Positions 33,189 through 43,922 of a DNA stretch of 64,000 nt are shown here, piece after piece. Numbering within the stretch: position 1 is the first letter of the stretch; every line of letters starts with the position of its first letter. A program made the position numbers and the translations under genes. The notes below the pieces were generated by a model. That model saw only the letters and a list, made by a program, of their open reading frames with translations. It was not told the DNA's origin and made no database searches. Origin of the DNA: Pirellulales bacterium (lineage in GTDB: Bacteria; Planctomycetota; Planctomycetia; Pirellulales; PALSA-1355); NCBI GenBank assembly GCA_963733035.1, contig CAVTBU010000005.1:1664001-1728000 (forward strand). Reading direction: 5' to 3'.

Positions 33189-33451
33189 TGCAGGCGCCTC
33201 GCTGTCACGTCGTCGCCGTTGTTCATTTCCTCAAAGGACCTTTCAGTTTACCACATCCAAACCCGACGGCCCCCCAGGTATTGAACGCCGAGGGAAGCGC
33301 TGGGTTTCGGAGCCGCTGGCGCGCTCAACCCGCCCGTCGACACCCCGGCTCGACAGCCCGCCGGTCAGAGCCTACGTTAAAACGCGGAAATTTGAGGCCG
33401 CCAGAGGCGGCGCGCACGTCGTCCGCGTCACCCTTTTTCTCAGGCATCGCC

Positions 33452-34237
33452 ATGCTTTTCGATCTCACCGGCCGAACGGCCATCGTTACCGGCGGCGCCA
33501 GCGGCATCGGCAGAGCCACGGCCATTGCGCTGGCTAGCGCGGGAGCCAAAGTTTTTGTGGGCGATCTGCATCCGCGCGACGAAAATTCCACGAGCTTTGC
33601 CCCGCTTGGGATCCACGAACAAACATGTGACGTCCGCCAGGAGTCGGACATCCGCGCCCTGGTCGAACGGGCAGTTCAGGCGGAGGGCGGATTGCATATC
33701 GTGGTCAGTAACGCCGGCATCAACATGACCGGGCAAGTTCCCGACCTGACCAGCGCCGACTGGGATGAATGCTTCGATACGAATCTCAAAGCCGCGTTTT
33801 TGGTCTGCAAGCACGCGATTGGGCACCTGCGGGCCTCTGGCGGCGGGTCAGTGATATTCACCGCCAGCAATGCCGGCTTGTTGCCCCGAGCGCACGATCC
33901 GCTGTACAGCACCAGCAAAGCGGCATTGATTGCCTTGTGCCGCAGCCTGGCATTGTGCCATGCCGCCGAAAGGATTCGTTTCAACACCGTGTGTCCGGGT
34001 CCGGTTTCCGGCACGGGATTGATCGACGACGCGGTACAATCATCGGCCGATCCACAGTCGACCCGCCAACAGTTCATCGCCGCCAGCCCCCTGGCCAGGG
34101 CGCTGGACCGGATGGTCACTCCCGAAGAGGTCGCCAATGCGATCCTCTATTTTGCCAGCGACGCCGCCGCACTGGTGACCGGTACGTCACTACGCATCGA
34201 CGGCGGCAAATCGCTGGGCGTGCCCCCAAAACGGTGA
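33452..34237 (+). CDS. SDR family NAD(P)-dependent oxidoreductase
   Basis: TGGASGIG, SNAG, YSTSK catalytic motif, VCPG, IDGG. Confidence 0.93.
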   Translation: MLFDLTGRTAIVTGGASGIGRATAIALASAGAKVFVGDLHPRDENSTSFAPLGIHEQTCDVRQESDIRALVERAVQAEGGLHIVVSNAGINMTGQVPDLTSADWDECFDTNLKAAFLVCKHAIGHLRASGGGSVIFTASNAGLLPRAHDPLYSTSKAALIALCRSLALCHAAERIRFNTVCPGPVSGTGLIDDAVQSSADPQSTRQQFIAASPLARALDRMVTPEEVANAILYFASDAAALVTGTSLRIDGGKSLGVPPKR

Positions 34238-34396
34238 ACTGCCGGTTCAATTTAGCCATTCTGATGGCCGTATGGCAGCTTGGTGCACTTGGAACTCTTG
34301 CATTTTTACGCAATTCCGGCCTATTATAACCCGTTAAGAGGCACTTCTGCGTCGTGGTCCTATCCAACCGATTCCTCTTTCGGAAACCAAGTAGCC

Positions 34397-36301
34397 ATGA
34401 GACCTTCCGGCAAGTTGCTGTGGATCGCGCCGCTGTGCGCCGCTCTGGCGGTTAGCTCACTGGCCTCGCCAGGGCTCGCTAACGAAGCCAGTTCGTCCAA
34501 AGAAGTGACCCCGAATCTCGGCCGGAAGGTCGAGGACTTCTCGCTGCAGGACTATCGGGGCAAGAAGTATTCGCTCGCCGACTTCAAAGATGCGAAGCTC
34601 GTGGTGGTCGCCTTCCTGGGCGTCGAATGTCCGCTGAGCAAGTTGTACGCTCCCAAGCTTGTGCAGTTGGCCAAGGACTACGAAGCAAAAGGCGTGAAGG
34701 TGATCGGCCTCGACCCGAACCGCCAGGATGCGGTGACGGAAATGGCGGCCTATGCCAACGAGCATGAACTCAACTTCCCGCTGTTAAAAGACCTCAACAA
34801 CAAGCTCGCCGACGTCATGGGCGCCGCCCGCGTTCCGCAAGTGTTCGTGCTCGACGGCGATCGTACGATCCGTTATTCCGGCCGCGTCGACGATCAATAC
34901 GGCTTCGACACGGGCAGCGGATACGCCAAACCAAACATCAGCCGCCATGACTTGGAGGCGGCCGTCAACGAACTGTTGGAAGGGAAAGACGTCAGCCAGC
35001 CCGAGACCCGGTCGATCGGCTGTTTGATTGGCCGCGTGCGCCCGGTGCAAGAAAACGCCGAGGTAACCTACTCGAACCAGATCGCGCGCATTTTCCAGGA
35101 CCGTTGCGTCGAGTGCCATCGACCGGGGCAGATTGGTCCGTTCGCGTTGCAGAGCTACGACGACGCGGTGGGCTGGAGTGAGATGATCGAAGAAGTGGTG
35201 CGCGACGGTCGGATGCCCCCCTGGCATCCGGATCCCAAGTTTGGGCACTTCAGCAACGATATTTCGCTCACGAAAAAGGAAAAGGAACTGATCTATCAGT
35301 GGGTTGCCGCGGGAGCCCCGGAAGGCAATCCCAAGGATCTACCGCCGGCCAAGGAGTACGCCGGCAGTTGGATGATGCCCGGCGGACCGGACGCGGTGTT
35401 TTACATGACCGACGAACCGGTTGACGTGCCCGCCGAAGGCACGGTCGAATATCGCTACTACGTGGTCGATCCCGGCTTCAAGGAAGACAAGTGGGTGCAA
35501 GTGGCCGAATGCATGCCGGATAATCGCGGCGTGGTGCACCACATGATCGTGTTCCTCAAGCCTCCTGCGGCGGATGACGACGGCGCGAAAAGCGGCCGCG
35601 GCGCCGCTCGCGGCCAGGCCTCGTTCGGCCAACTCTGTGGTTTTGCCCCCGGCACACGCCCGATTGTGCTGCCGACTGGCATGGCCAAGCTGATCCCGGC
35701 CGGCTCGAAGCTTGTGTTTCAAATGCACTACACGCCCAACGGCTCGCCGCAAAAGGACCGCAGCGCCGTGGGAATGAAGTTCTGTGACGCGGACACGGTG
35801 AAGTATCGCGTGGCCACGTCGAACGCCATTAACGCGTTCTTTGAAATTCCCCCCGGCGACCCGAACTACAAGGTGGAATCGACACGCACCTACGGCAAAG
35901 AAGTACAGATGCTGTCGGTGTTTCCGCATATGCACTTGCGGGGAAAGGATTTTCACTACGAGTTGATTTATCCGGACGGCCACAAGGAAACGATCCTGAA
36001 CATGCCGCGGTACGACTTCAACTGGCAGACGAGCTACATCTTCAACGAACCGCTGAAGTTGCCGGCTGGTACCACGCTGCATTGCACCGCGCATTTCGAT
36101 AACTCGGCCGACAATCCGGCCAACCCCGACCCCAGCATTCCGGTGCGGTGGGGTGACCAAACCTGGGAAGAAATGATGATCGGCTGGTTCGACATTGCCG
36201 TGCCCAAGGACTGGGATATTGGCGACGTTTTGCCGCGTACCGGTCGTCGCGGCCGACCAAACGCTGACGCAGATGACGAAACGAACGATGCTGCGGGTTA
36301 A
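34397..36301 (+). CDS. Exported redoxin (AhpC/TSA) + monoheme cytochrome c + copper type II monooxygenase-like fusion
   Basis: Signal peptide; thioredoxin-fold ECPLS and YSGRVDDQY; CVECH heme motif; VHH, MHY, PHMHLRG, EEMM copper-ligand pattern. Confidence 0.85.
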   Translation: MRPSGKLLWIAPLCAALAVSSLASPGLANEASSSKEVTPNLGRKVEDFSLQDYRGKKYSLADFKDAKLVVVAFLGVECPLSKLYAPKLVQLAKDYEAKGVKVIGLDPNRQDAVTEMAAYANEHELNFPLLKDLNNKLADVMGAARVPQVFVLDGDRTIRYSGRVDDQYGFDTGSGYAKPNISRHDLEAAVNELLEGKDVSQPETRSIGCLIGRVRPVQENAEVTYSNQIARIFQDRCVECHRPGQIGPFALQSYDDAVGWSEMIEEVVRDGRMPPWHPDPKFGHFSNDISLTKKEKELIYQWVAAGAPEGNPKDLPPAKEYAGSWMMPGGPDAVFYMTDEPVDVPAEGTVEYRYYVVDPGFKEDKWVQVAECMPDNRGVVHHMIVFLKPPAADDDGAKSGRGAARGQASFGQLCGFAPGTRPIVLPTGMAKLIPAGSKLVFQMHYTPNGSPQKDRSAVGMKFCDADTVKYRVATSNAINAFFEIPPGDPNYKVESTRTYGKEVQMLSVFPHMHLRGKDFHYELIYPDGHKETILNMPRYDFNWQTSYIFNEPLKLPAGTTLHCTAHFDNSADNPANPDPSIPVRWGDQTWEEMMIGWFDIAVPKDWDIGDVLPRTGRRGRPNADADDETNDAAG

Positions 36302-36447
36302 AACGTGTGTATCCAGTGGCTATCGCGCCGCCGCGGTAGCCACTGGGCAATCGACGGGTTAAGATTGCGTGGATCATTGACGTTTGCGCGCTTATCGTCG
36401 TTGAAATCTTCTTCCGAACCTCTTTACTCGTGTCATTCAGCAGACCC

Positions 36448-36858
36448 ATGTGGAGCAGACCTCACTCGCTTCTTATTGTCGGTCGACGATTTCCGTTGTT
36501 CCTTGCCTCAAGTCTGGTGGCCTGCCTGATGCTGGGGTGCGTCAAGCCGATGCCGCCCGAACACGTCGCCGCCATCTCCAAGATGCAAGGACTCGGAGGC
36601 AAGGTCTTGTTCGAAAATGGCGGCTATCGGCTCAACATGGCCGATTCACGCGTCACAAACGACGACCTGGCCCATTTGGCGAACGTCGAGAACCTGAAGA
36701 CGCTCGACCTACGCAACACGCAGGTGAGCGACGAAGGCATCAAGAAGCTCGTCCCGCTCAAGTCGTTGAATCTCGTCATTCTGGCCGGCAGCCAAGTGAC
36801 CGCCGAAGGCATTGAGGCCTTGAAAGCGGCCCGGCCCGACATCAAGATTTCCCGCTAG
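36448..36858 (+). CDS. Small leucine-rich-repeat lipoprotein
   Basis: Lipobox LMLGC; LRR units [16 protein letters not shown] and [16 protein letters not shown]. Confidence 0.75.
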   Translation: MWSRPHSLLIVGRRFPLFLASSLVACLMLGCVKPMPPEHVAAISKMQGLGGKVLFENGGYRLNMADSRVTNDDLAHLANVENLKTLDLRNTQVSDEGIKKLVPLKSLNLVILAGSQVTAEGIEALKAARPDIKISR

Positions 36859-37325
36859 TCACTCGTCCGTCCAAGCAAGATCCGTTGGATCGCTTCGTGA
36901 CGGTAGGCGAAGATGGCGTCCAATTTCCGCCGCACGAGTGGATGCGCCAGGTTGCCAAACGGTGCTAGTGGCAACGCATAATTCACGTCGTCCTCGATGA
37001 CCGTTCCCCCGTCACGCGCTTCGAAGCGGTGCGTGTGAATCCACGTCTTGTAGGGTCCCGCGAGTTGCTCGTCGACAAAGACATGAGGCGGATCCCAGCG
37101 GCTGATCAGGCTCCGCCAACGAAGCCGAATTCCAAACACCCGAATCCGGTAGTCCAATTGCGTCCCCACACGCATCTCAATTCTCCCGGGGGTCGCAATG
37201 CGAAACCCCATCGCCGGGGGCGTGATCCGACTGAGATTCGCCGCGTCCGAAAAGAACGCGAACACCTGTTCCCGTGGGAGCGGCAGAAACATCGACGTTT
37301 TCAGCACATGGGACACGCGATCCAC
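36855..37325 (-). CDS. SRPBCC family (cyclase-like) protein
   Basis: [41 protein letters not shown]. Confidence 0.88.
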   Translation of the reverse strand: MDRVSHVLKTSMFLPLPREQVFAFFSDAANLSRITPPAMGFRIATPGRIEMRVGTQLDYRIRVFGIRLRWRSLISRWDPPHVFVDEQLAGPYKTWIHTHRFEARDGGTVIEDDVNYALPLAPFGNLAHPLVRRKLDAIFAYRHEAIQRILLGRTSD

Positions 37326-37379
37326 CTCCGCACGATGAACCGCGATCGCGGCGGATTCATCACGCGGTCGGTCCGCAGT

Positions 37380-38254
37380 TTACTCGTGCGGCTGCCCGGC
37401 GACGGAGTTCGCTGCAGCCTGCGGCTGCAGGTAATGGAGGTTGCGCCGCGGAAACGTGTGCCGGCTGACGGGCGCGAAGCCGCCCGCTTCGTGGAAGTAC
37501 ATGTAGTGCGTGATCAGCGTGACCTCGGGGCCGATCTGAATGAGGTTGAAGGAGTTCTTTTCACGCTCTCGGGCGCGGCCGCGGCGCGAGGTGGTGGTGC
37601 CACATTGCACGACAATGATTCCGCTGGTGGGAGTCTTGCTGCGGTAAAGATCGAGTGAATTGCCGATGTAGGCGCGGTGCAGATGGCCACCCAAGATCAA
37701 CTCGACGCCCAACTCATTGAAGCGGTCCAGTGCCTCGCGTGCCCGCCACATGACGTCGTTCCGATCGTCGTAATCTGGCGCCGGCGCGAAGTGGTGATGG
37801 GCAACCACGATCTTCACGGCCGACTTGGGGGCGCTGCGAAAGGCCTCGGCGCAAAAATCGAGTTGCCAGCGATCGAGGCGGCCGTTGGTAACCGTCATCA
37901 GAGGCGAGGTGGAATTAATCGACACGATCGCCGCATCGTCACGCACCAGCACCGAATTTAATTCTTGGCTGATGTACTGCTGGTAGTTCGCATACGGTTC
38001 CAATAGCCGCTCGAAAACGCGGTACAGCGGCACATCGTGATTGCCTGGTGTCACGATGACGGGCACGGGTGGCAAGCGATCGAGAAACGACCGTGCTTCG
38101 GCGAACTGCTGGCGCTTGCGCGCTGCGTGAAATCGCCGCTTGCCACCACGATATCCGGCGACAACTCTTGTGCCGCGCGAAGCACGGCCTCGCCGACCAT
38201 CGGCAGATAGGCCGGGCCGAAGTGCAAATCGGAAACGTGCAGCAAACTGAGCAT
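37380..38254 (-). CDS. Metallophosphoesterase (CpdA-like), apparent -1 frameshift near 38112-38123
   Basis: SDLHFG and SGDFTQ in ORF 38051-38287; PGNHD, HH and GHLH in ORF 37380-38327. Confidence 0.87.
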
Positions 38255-38605
38255 GGTGGTTCGATCCTGGTCGTCCTTGTAACACACAGCCCACGTTCTG
38301 GGCAGATCGCTCGGTTAGGCCAGCCAAAAACCGGCGTCGCCGCCAGCGTGGCCCCGATCCGCGGACTTGGCCGATCGCCCTGTTCCGGCTACCAAAGTAG
38401 CTAGCCGAAACGGCTTAGGACGGCTATGATAGGACCCAGTTATCCGGGCCCCGTGGCAAGGTACGCTCCTTCGCACCGAGCGTAATCCCCCGACTGGAGC
38501 GGGCCCATACGCGCAATCCACATCAAACACTAACCGTTGCCTAATACTGCCATGGTATCCATGACGCGTCGAGAGGCATCAGCGAGTTTAGTGGAAATGG
38601 TGGAT

Positions 38606-39298
38606 ATGGCTGCCCATCGCGTCCTCGTCGTCGACGACGAAGAGGATTTGCTGGAATTAGTTCGGTACAACCTGAGCAAAGAGGGTTTTCAGGTTCAGTG
38701 CGTCGCATCGGGCGAAGAGGCCATTCAGGTGGCCCGCAGCCAGTTGCCCGACGTGATCTTATTGGACCTGATGTTGCCGACCGTTGACGGTTTGGGCGTC
38801 TGCAAAATCCTCAAGGGGAGTCCCCAAACACAGCAAATTCCGATCGTCATGCTGACTGCCAAGACGGCCGAGGCCGACGTGGTCAGCGGGTTGGAGCTGG
38901 GCGCCGACGACTATGTTACCAAGCCCTTCAGCCCGCGCGTGCTGCTGGCACGCATTCGTGCCGTGCTTCGCCGCAAGTCTCACACGCCGGCCGGCGAGGA
39001 AGATCCCAGCACCATCCGCGTTCATGAGATGGTGATTCATCCGGGACGTCACGAGGTGCTGCTCCGCGGCCGAGCCGTCGAACTCACGTTTACCGAATTC
39101 CGCCTGCTGCAGTTTCTGGCCCGCAAGCCAGGTTGGGCCTTTTCGCGCGGCCAGATTGTCGACGCCGTCAAAGGCGAGGATTATCCGGTCACCGAACGTA
39201 GCGTCGACGTGCAAGTTGCCGGGTTGCGGAAGAAGATGGGAGATTTAGGTCACTACGTGGAAACGGTGCGAGGGGTAGGCTACCGATTCAAGGAGTAG
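38606..39298 (+). CDS. phoB: PhoB/PhoP-like OmpR-family response regulator
   Basis: VVDDE, ILLDLMLP, GADDYVTKPFSPR, winged helix ERSVDVQVAGLRKK…ETVRGVGYRF. Confidence 0.85.
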   Translation: MAAHRVLVVDDEEDLLELVRYNLSKEGFQVQCVASGEEAIQVARSQLPDVILLDLMLPTVDGLGVCKILKGSPQTQQIPIVMLTAKTAEADVVSGLELGADDYVTKPFSPRVLLARIRAVLRRKSHTPAGEEDPSTIRVHEMVIHPGRHEVLLRGRAVELTFTEFRLLQFLARKPGWAFSRGQIVDAVKGEDYPVTERSVDVQVAGLRKKMGDLGHYVETVRGVGYRFKE

Positions 39299-39300
39299 CC

Positions 39301-41067
39301 ATGCCCAAACGTCGCCTCGCGTGGCATCTGCTGCCCTCCTACGTCCTGCTGGTCGTGGCCGCCGCGATACTGCTGGGCTGGGCCGCGCTTCACGTGTTGG
39401 AAAACTCGTCGATCGAAACGGCGCGTGGCGAACTGAACGGGCTGGCCGACTTTCTTGACTGGCGGCTCGGCCCGGACGTGCCGGCTGATCGCACGGCCTT
39501 TGGGCGCCTTGCGCGTCGACTGGACGATGCCACCGGTGTGCGAGTTACGCTGCTGCTGACAGACGGCCGCGTCGATTCCGACAGTCTGGACCGTCCCGAG
39601 GAGTTCGACAACCAACGCACGCGTCCCGAACTCGAAGCCGCACTGGATGGCGAGCGCCGCAGCGCGATTCGCTACAACCCGGGGCTCGACGAGCGCGTGC
39701 TGTACCAGGCCGTGCCCATCGTGCGCCACGGTCGGTTGTTCGGGGCGTTCTACCTTTCGAAGTCGCTGGGAAGTGTCGATCGTGCCGTTTCACGGTTGCA
39801 GACGATGATGCTATTGGCGGCCCTGGCGCTGGTGGGCGTGGCGGCGCTGTTGGCGTGGCGAACGGTGCGCATGATTTTGCGGCCGCTCGAGCTGCTTCGC
39901 GCCGCGCTCGATCGGTTTGGCGAAGGACAATGGAATGCCCGCGTCACGGTACCCGACGATCGCGAAACAGCCGAACTGGCAAGTGCATTCAACCGCACGG
40001 CCGACCGGTTGCAAGGCCGAATCGGCATCCTCGTCCAGCACAACAACGAACAGAAGGCCGTGCTGGCGAGCATGGCCGAAGGCGTGCTGGCCGTCGACAG
40101 CCAGGAGAGGATTATCAGCCTCAACCGCGCGTCGGGGCGTTTGCTGGGACTCGATCAGGCGCACGTACAGGGCCGACGGCTACAGGAAGTCGTGCGGAAT
40201 GCGGATCTCAGCCGATTCGTCAGCCGCGCGCTGGAGATTCCCGGGCCCATTGAAGCCGACATCGTCCTACTCGGAGAACGCGAGCGCGTGATGCAGGCCC
40301 ACGGTTCGGCGCTGCACGACTTGGACGGCCGACCGATCGGCGCCGTGATCGTGTTGAACGATGTGACCGACTTCCGCAAGCTGGAATTGATTCGCCGCGA
40401 CTTCGTGGCTAATGTCTCGCACGAGCTCAAGACGCCCGTCACGTCGATCAAGGGCTTTGTCGAGACGCTGCTCGACGGGGCCAAGGACGATCCGATCGAT
40501 TCCGACCGCTTTCTGCGGATCATTGCCAAGCAGGCCGACCGATTGCACGCGATCATCGAGGACTTGCTGGCCCTCTCGAAGATCGAACAGAGCGAGGACC
40601 ACGAGGATGTCGTCCTCGCGTCTGCTCCGCTCAAACCACTGCTCGATAGCGCGCTAACGACCTGCCAGTCGACGGCGCGCGATCGGCAAATCGAGGTCAC
40701 GCTCGAGTGTCCGCCTGAAATGCGGGCCAGGATCAATGCCTTGCTCCTGGAACAAGCGGTGGTCAACCTGCTCGACAATGCAATCAAGTACAGCGAACCG
40801 GAAAGTGAAGTGCGAGTGACGGCCTGCGATGACAACGGGGAGGTGAACATCTGCGTTGCCGATCATGGACCTGGCATCGCCGAGGAACACCTGCCACGCA
40901 TCTTCGAAAGGTTCTACCGCGTCGATCGTGCCCGCAGCCGCAAGCTGGGCGGCACCGGTCTGGGCCTGGCCATCGTCAAGCATATCGCTCAGGTCCACCA
41001 CGGCCGCGTAACCGTCGACAGCACGGTCGGCGCGGGCAGCACATTCACGATCCATTTGCCAAAGTAG
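39301..41067 (+). CDS. phoR: PhoR-like sensor histidine kinase (TM-HAMP-PAS-HisKA-HATPase)
   Basis: RPELEAAL periplasmic motif, RRDFVANVSHELKTP, NLLDNAIKYS, RIFERFYRVD…GGTGLGLAIVKH. Confidence 0.87.
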   Translation: MPKRRLAWHLLPSYVLLVVAAAILLGWAALHVLENSSIETARGELNGLADFLDWRLGPDVPADRTAFGRLARRLDDATGVRVTLLLTDGRVDSDSLDRPEEFDNQRTRPELEAALDGERRSAIRYNPGLDERVLYQAVPIVRHGRLFGAFYLSKSLGSVDRAVSRLQTMMLLAALALVGVAALLAWRTVRMILRPLELLRAALDRFGEGQWNARVTVPDDRETAELASAFNRTADRLQGRIGILVQHNNEQKAVLASMAEGVLAVDSQERIISLNRASGRLLGLDQAHVQGRRLQEVVRNADLSRFVSRALEIPGPIEADIVLLGERERVMQAHGSALHDLDGRPIGAVIVLNDVTDFRKLELIRRDFVANVSHELKTPVTSIKGFVETLLDGAKDDPIDSDRFLRIIAKQADRLHAIIEDLLALSKIEQSEDHEDVVLASAPLKPLLDSALTTCQSTARDRQIEVTLECPPEMRARINALLLEQAVVNLLDNAIKYSEPESEVRVTACDDNGEVNICVADHGPGIAEEHLPRIFERFYRVDRARSRKLGGTGLGLAIVKHIAQVHHGRVTVDSTVGAGSTFTIHLPK

Positions 41068-41071
41068 TACG

Positions 41072-41106
41072 GACTCGCGAGGTACTTTTTCCGGAAGTCG
41101 CGAGTC
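41072..41106. terminator. Inverted repeat between convergent phoR and DJ-1 genes
   Basis: GACTCGCGA (41072-41080) and TCGCGAGTC (41098-41106); no clear flanking U-tract. Confidence 0.35.
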
Positions 41107-41115
41107 GCGCATTCG

Positions 41116-41715
41116 CTAGCCATCAAGGCCTTGCCATGGGTACTCGATGTAGCGCGCCGTCTCGTCGGCTTTCTCTCGGCCCAGCAAGCGGGCGACGACG
41201 TGAAATGACATGTCGATGCCGGCCGCCACTCCGGCGGAGGTAATCACCCGGCCGTTGTCGACCACGCGGCGATCATCGCAGACGTCGGTCTGCGGGGCGA
41301 GTTGCTTGAGCAGATCAAGCGCCAGGTGATGCGTCGTGGCAGCCAGCCCATCCAGCAGTCCCGCCTTGGCCAAGAGTAATGCCCCGGTGCACACCGAAAG
41401 CACCAACTCCGCTTGAGACGCGCCGGCGCGAATCCAATCGATCGTTTCATTATCGTTCACCAGTGGCCGGGTCCCCTGCCCTCCTGGGATCAATAGCAGG
41501 TCGATCGGCGGCGCGGTTTGCCAGGTATGGTCCGGCACCACCTGCAAGCCGTTGCGGGCCAGCAGCTTGTCCGGCGTCTTGGCGATGGTGCAAACCCGGA
41601 AACTGTCGGGCGCGATCTGCTGGCCGGCGACCGAGAAGACCTCGAACGGGCCGCAGAAGTCCAGCACTTCGACGTCCGGAAAGATGAAGATGCCGACCGT
41701 GCGGATTCGTGTCAT
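41116..41715 (-). CDS. DJ-1/PfpI family protein
   Basis: VEVLDFCGPFEVF, IPGG, SVCTGA nucleophile elbow, ATTH, ITSAGVAAGIDM. Confidence 0.92.
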   Translation of the reverse strand: MTRIRTVGIFIFPDVEVLDFCGPFEVFSVAGQQIAPDSFRVCTIAKTPDKLLARNGLQVVPDHTWQTAPPIDLLLIPGGQGTRPLVNDNETIDWIRAGASQAELVLSVCTGALLLAKAGLLDGLAATTHHLALDLLKQLAPQTDVCDDRRVVDNGRVITSAGVAAGIDMSFHVVARLLGREKADETARYIEYPWQGLDG

Positions 41716-41755
41716 CGTTATAGATCCCGCGGATAACCACGCGGCCAATCGGGAG

Positions 41756-41789
41756 GCAAGAAAGCCCAGGGAACGTTTTCCCTGGGCTT
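41756..41789 (-). terminator. Intrinsic terminator of the ECF-antisigma-PDZ operon
   Basis: 12-bp perfect stem AAGCCCAGGGAA/TTCCCTGGGCTT (41762-41789) with 4-nt loop, ending in TTTCTTGC on the minus strand. Confidence 0.7.
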
Positions 41790-41864
41790 CGGTGAAGTTT
41801 AGCGTTCTCGGAGGTGTTGTCGCAAGCTGGCGCGGGTTCCCTATCGCCGGCGACTTAGCGTCGT

Positions 41865-43115
41865 CTACTCGGGATGCACTTCGTCTTCTTGTTTCGGCTG
41901 TTTGTCTTCAGCGTCCGAATGCATCTGGCGGCGTAGCGATTCCAATTGCTTGCTCATCCGCGCCATCTCGCGGCTCATCGCTTCGAGCCGATGTTCCAAG
42001 CCGTGATGCACCTCCTTCCTTACGTCCTCTTCCACCTCTCGTGCTCTGGCAACTTCCTTGCGTACTTTCTCGCGCACTTCCTCGATGACGACTGGACGTG
42101 GCGGGATTCCGGGAGGAAAAGGGACCGCGTGCCGCTTGCCGTCAGGCGCCGATATTGCAAACGGCGTCGGAATGCGACCCAAGAGCCGCTCGGCATGTGG
42201 GCGTAATTCGTCGGGCAAGGCGTCGAGTTTGTCTTCCGTGGTCGTCCAGCTTTCGTCCCCCTTTTTGATCGTGATTTGAGCGGGTTTGCTACCCTCCTTC
42301 TCGATCTTGAAAGTCAGGTCGTCGGGAATTGGCGAGGCGATCTTGAACTTTGTCCCTGGCGGCAGGATGTGGCCGGGCCTCAGAAGCTGCAACCGCATGT
42401 CGACGCCAGCGTCTTTTAGTTTCTGGCGGATCTTCGATTCGAGCCCGCGAATTTCCACTTCGACTTCCTCGGTCGGAACGCGGATGTCGGCCGATACCGA
42501 CGAATCCTGTTTGGGCGTGACGGTGATCACCTGCGACTCACCACTGCGCAACACCTTGACGTGCAGCGGCTTGCCGCCAGACTCGTGAACTGTTTTCATC
42601 AATTCCTTGATTCCTCCGATCGGTTCGTCGTTGACGGCGATGATCAGATCGTACCGCTTGATGCCCGCCTTGGCGGCCGGGCCATCGTTGTCGACACGTT
42701 CGACTAGCACTCCCTTGCCGTCGAGTTTCAGTTGCGCGTCGAGTGCCGGCGGAACCGGCGCAACGCTCATGTCGAGTTGATAGTCAATTTTCAGACTGAT
42801 GATGCCGCTTCGTTCGCCGGCAAGTTTCACGGCCCGGTGGGCCGCCTCGGCCGCTTCATTGGCGACATCTTCGGCGGCGGACTGGGCTTGCTCGGCAATC
42901 TCGGCCGCGGCTTCGGTGGCCCGACGCTGGGCTTCAGCCGCGATTTTTTCGGCTGCTTCCTGGGCGGCTTCGGCGGCCTCACCGGCCGCCTTTTGGATCG
43001 TAACGGTCAACGCCTCTTCGGACTGCGGCTCCTCCGCGGCGAGCGCCGGAGCGACCAGCAACAGGGTGAAAGCAAGCGATCCCATGGGACAGACAAAGCG
43101 AAGCATTCGACGCAT
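41865..43115 (-). CDS. Exported PDZ-domain protein with Ala/Glu-rich coiled coils, no protease domain
   Basis: AGGAGA before ATG 43115; signal peptide; GVLVERV…GPAAKAGIKRYDLIIAVN…VLRSGE PDZ motif; no trypsin GNSGG motif. Confidence 0.82.
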   Translation of the reverse strand: MRRMLRFVCPMGSLAFTLLLVAPALAAEEPQSEEALTVTIQKAAGEAAEAAQEAAEKIAAEAQRRATEAAAEIAEQAQSAAEDVANEAAEAAHRAVKLAGERSGIISLKIDYQLDMSVAPVPPALDAQLKLDGKGVLVERVDNDGPAAKAGIKRYDLIIAVNDEPIGGIKELMKTVHESGGKPLHVKVLRSGESQVITVTPKQDSSVSADIRVPTEEVEVEIRGLESKIRQKLKDAGVDMRLQLLRPGHILPPGTKFKIASPIPDDLTFKIEKEGSKPAQITIKKGDESWTTTEDKLDALPDELRPHAERLLGRIPTPFAISAPDGKRHAVPFPPGIPPRPVVIEEVREKVRKEVARAREVEEDVRKEVHHGLEHRLEAMSREMARMSKQLESLRRQMHSDAEDKQPKQEDEVHPE

Positions 43116-43184
43116 CGGTGGGTCTCCTGGATATGCGTGAAAGGATTTGGCGATCATGACTGCTCAGCGCAAAGCATCGGCCGA

Positions 43185-43922
43185 CTACAGGCGTTCGACT
43201 TCGGGCGCGCGGATATCGACTTCTTCGATCGGCAAGAGCACTCGACGGCCGTCGGGCAATTCCACCGGCCACAGCTGCTGCTGCCGGTTAACCTCGAAGC
43301 CGTCTTGCTCGAATTGTTGGATGAAGGCATTCGAAAACGTCGACGGCTCCTCGGACGCAGCCACGGCGCTGACGGCATCCGATTCCACAATCGGCAACTC
43401 GATCGCCTGGCCGCCGTCGCCGCCAAGTGGTGTCAGGGTGAGCGTTTCGGGCACCGCTGGTTCGTCGGAGGGCGCGTCGTTAGTCGCTAGCGCAGCGTGA
43501 TTCGCAGGGACTTCCGCATGGGTATCCTGTCTCGGCGGCACCTTGCCATGCGGCGCCGCAGCCACCGAAGCGGGTGCGACGTCATTTGCCGGCCGCGCAA
43601 ATGGAAACCGCGTACCGAGAGCAAACGCCACGAGCACGCTGGCCGCCACGGCCACCCACAATGCCCATGGCGTGCGACGTTCGGCCGCGGCCGCGCGGCG
43701 GGGAGCCGTTATCTCAGCGAGAATCGGTTCGCTGGCCACACGCGACAATTGCAGACGCCAACTTTGTGCTTCCAGAAATGCCAACGCGCAACTGCGCCAC
43801 GCCCCCGGCTCATCATCAAATGTCGCCAGCAAGCGCTGGCGCTGTTGAGTGCCAAGCTCACCATCGACCAGACGGTCGAGCACGCGATTGGGGTCGCGAC
43901 CAAATTCTTCGACGATCGTCAT
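43185..43922 (-). CDS. Putative membrane-anchored anti-sigma factor
   Basis: LDRLVDGEL…WRSCALAFLE N-terminus, TM helix WVAVAASVLVAFALG; ATGA overlap with the sigma stop. Confidence 0.75.
   Translation of the reverse strand: MTIVEEFGRDPNRVLDRLVDGELGTQQRQRLLATFDDEPGAWRSCALAFLEAQSWRLQLSRVASEPILAEITAPRRAAAAERRTPWALWVAVAASVLVAFALGTRFPFARPANDVAPASVAAAPHGKVPPRQDTHAEVPANHAALATNDAPSDEPAVPETLTLTPLGGDGGQAIELPIVESDAVSAVAASEEPSTFSNAFIQQFEQDGFEVNRQQQLWPVELPDGRRVLLPIEEVDIRAPEVERL

Noticed and set aside
42840..42990. Repetitive GC-rich stretch (GCGGC/TCGGC units)
   Set aside because: It encodes the Ala/Glu-rich coiled coil of the PDZ protein; not a DNA repeat array or CRISPR.
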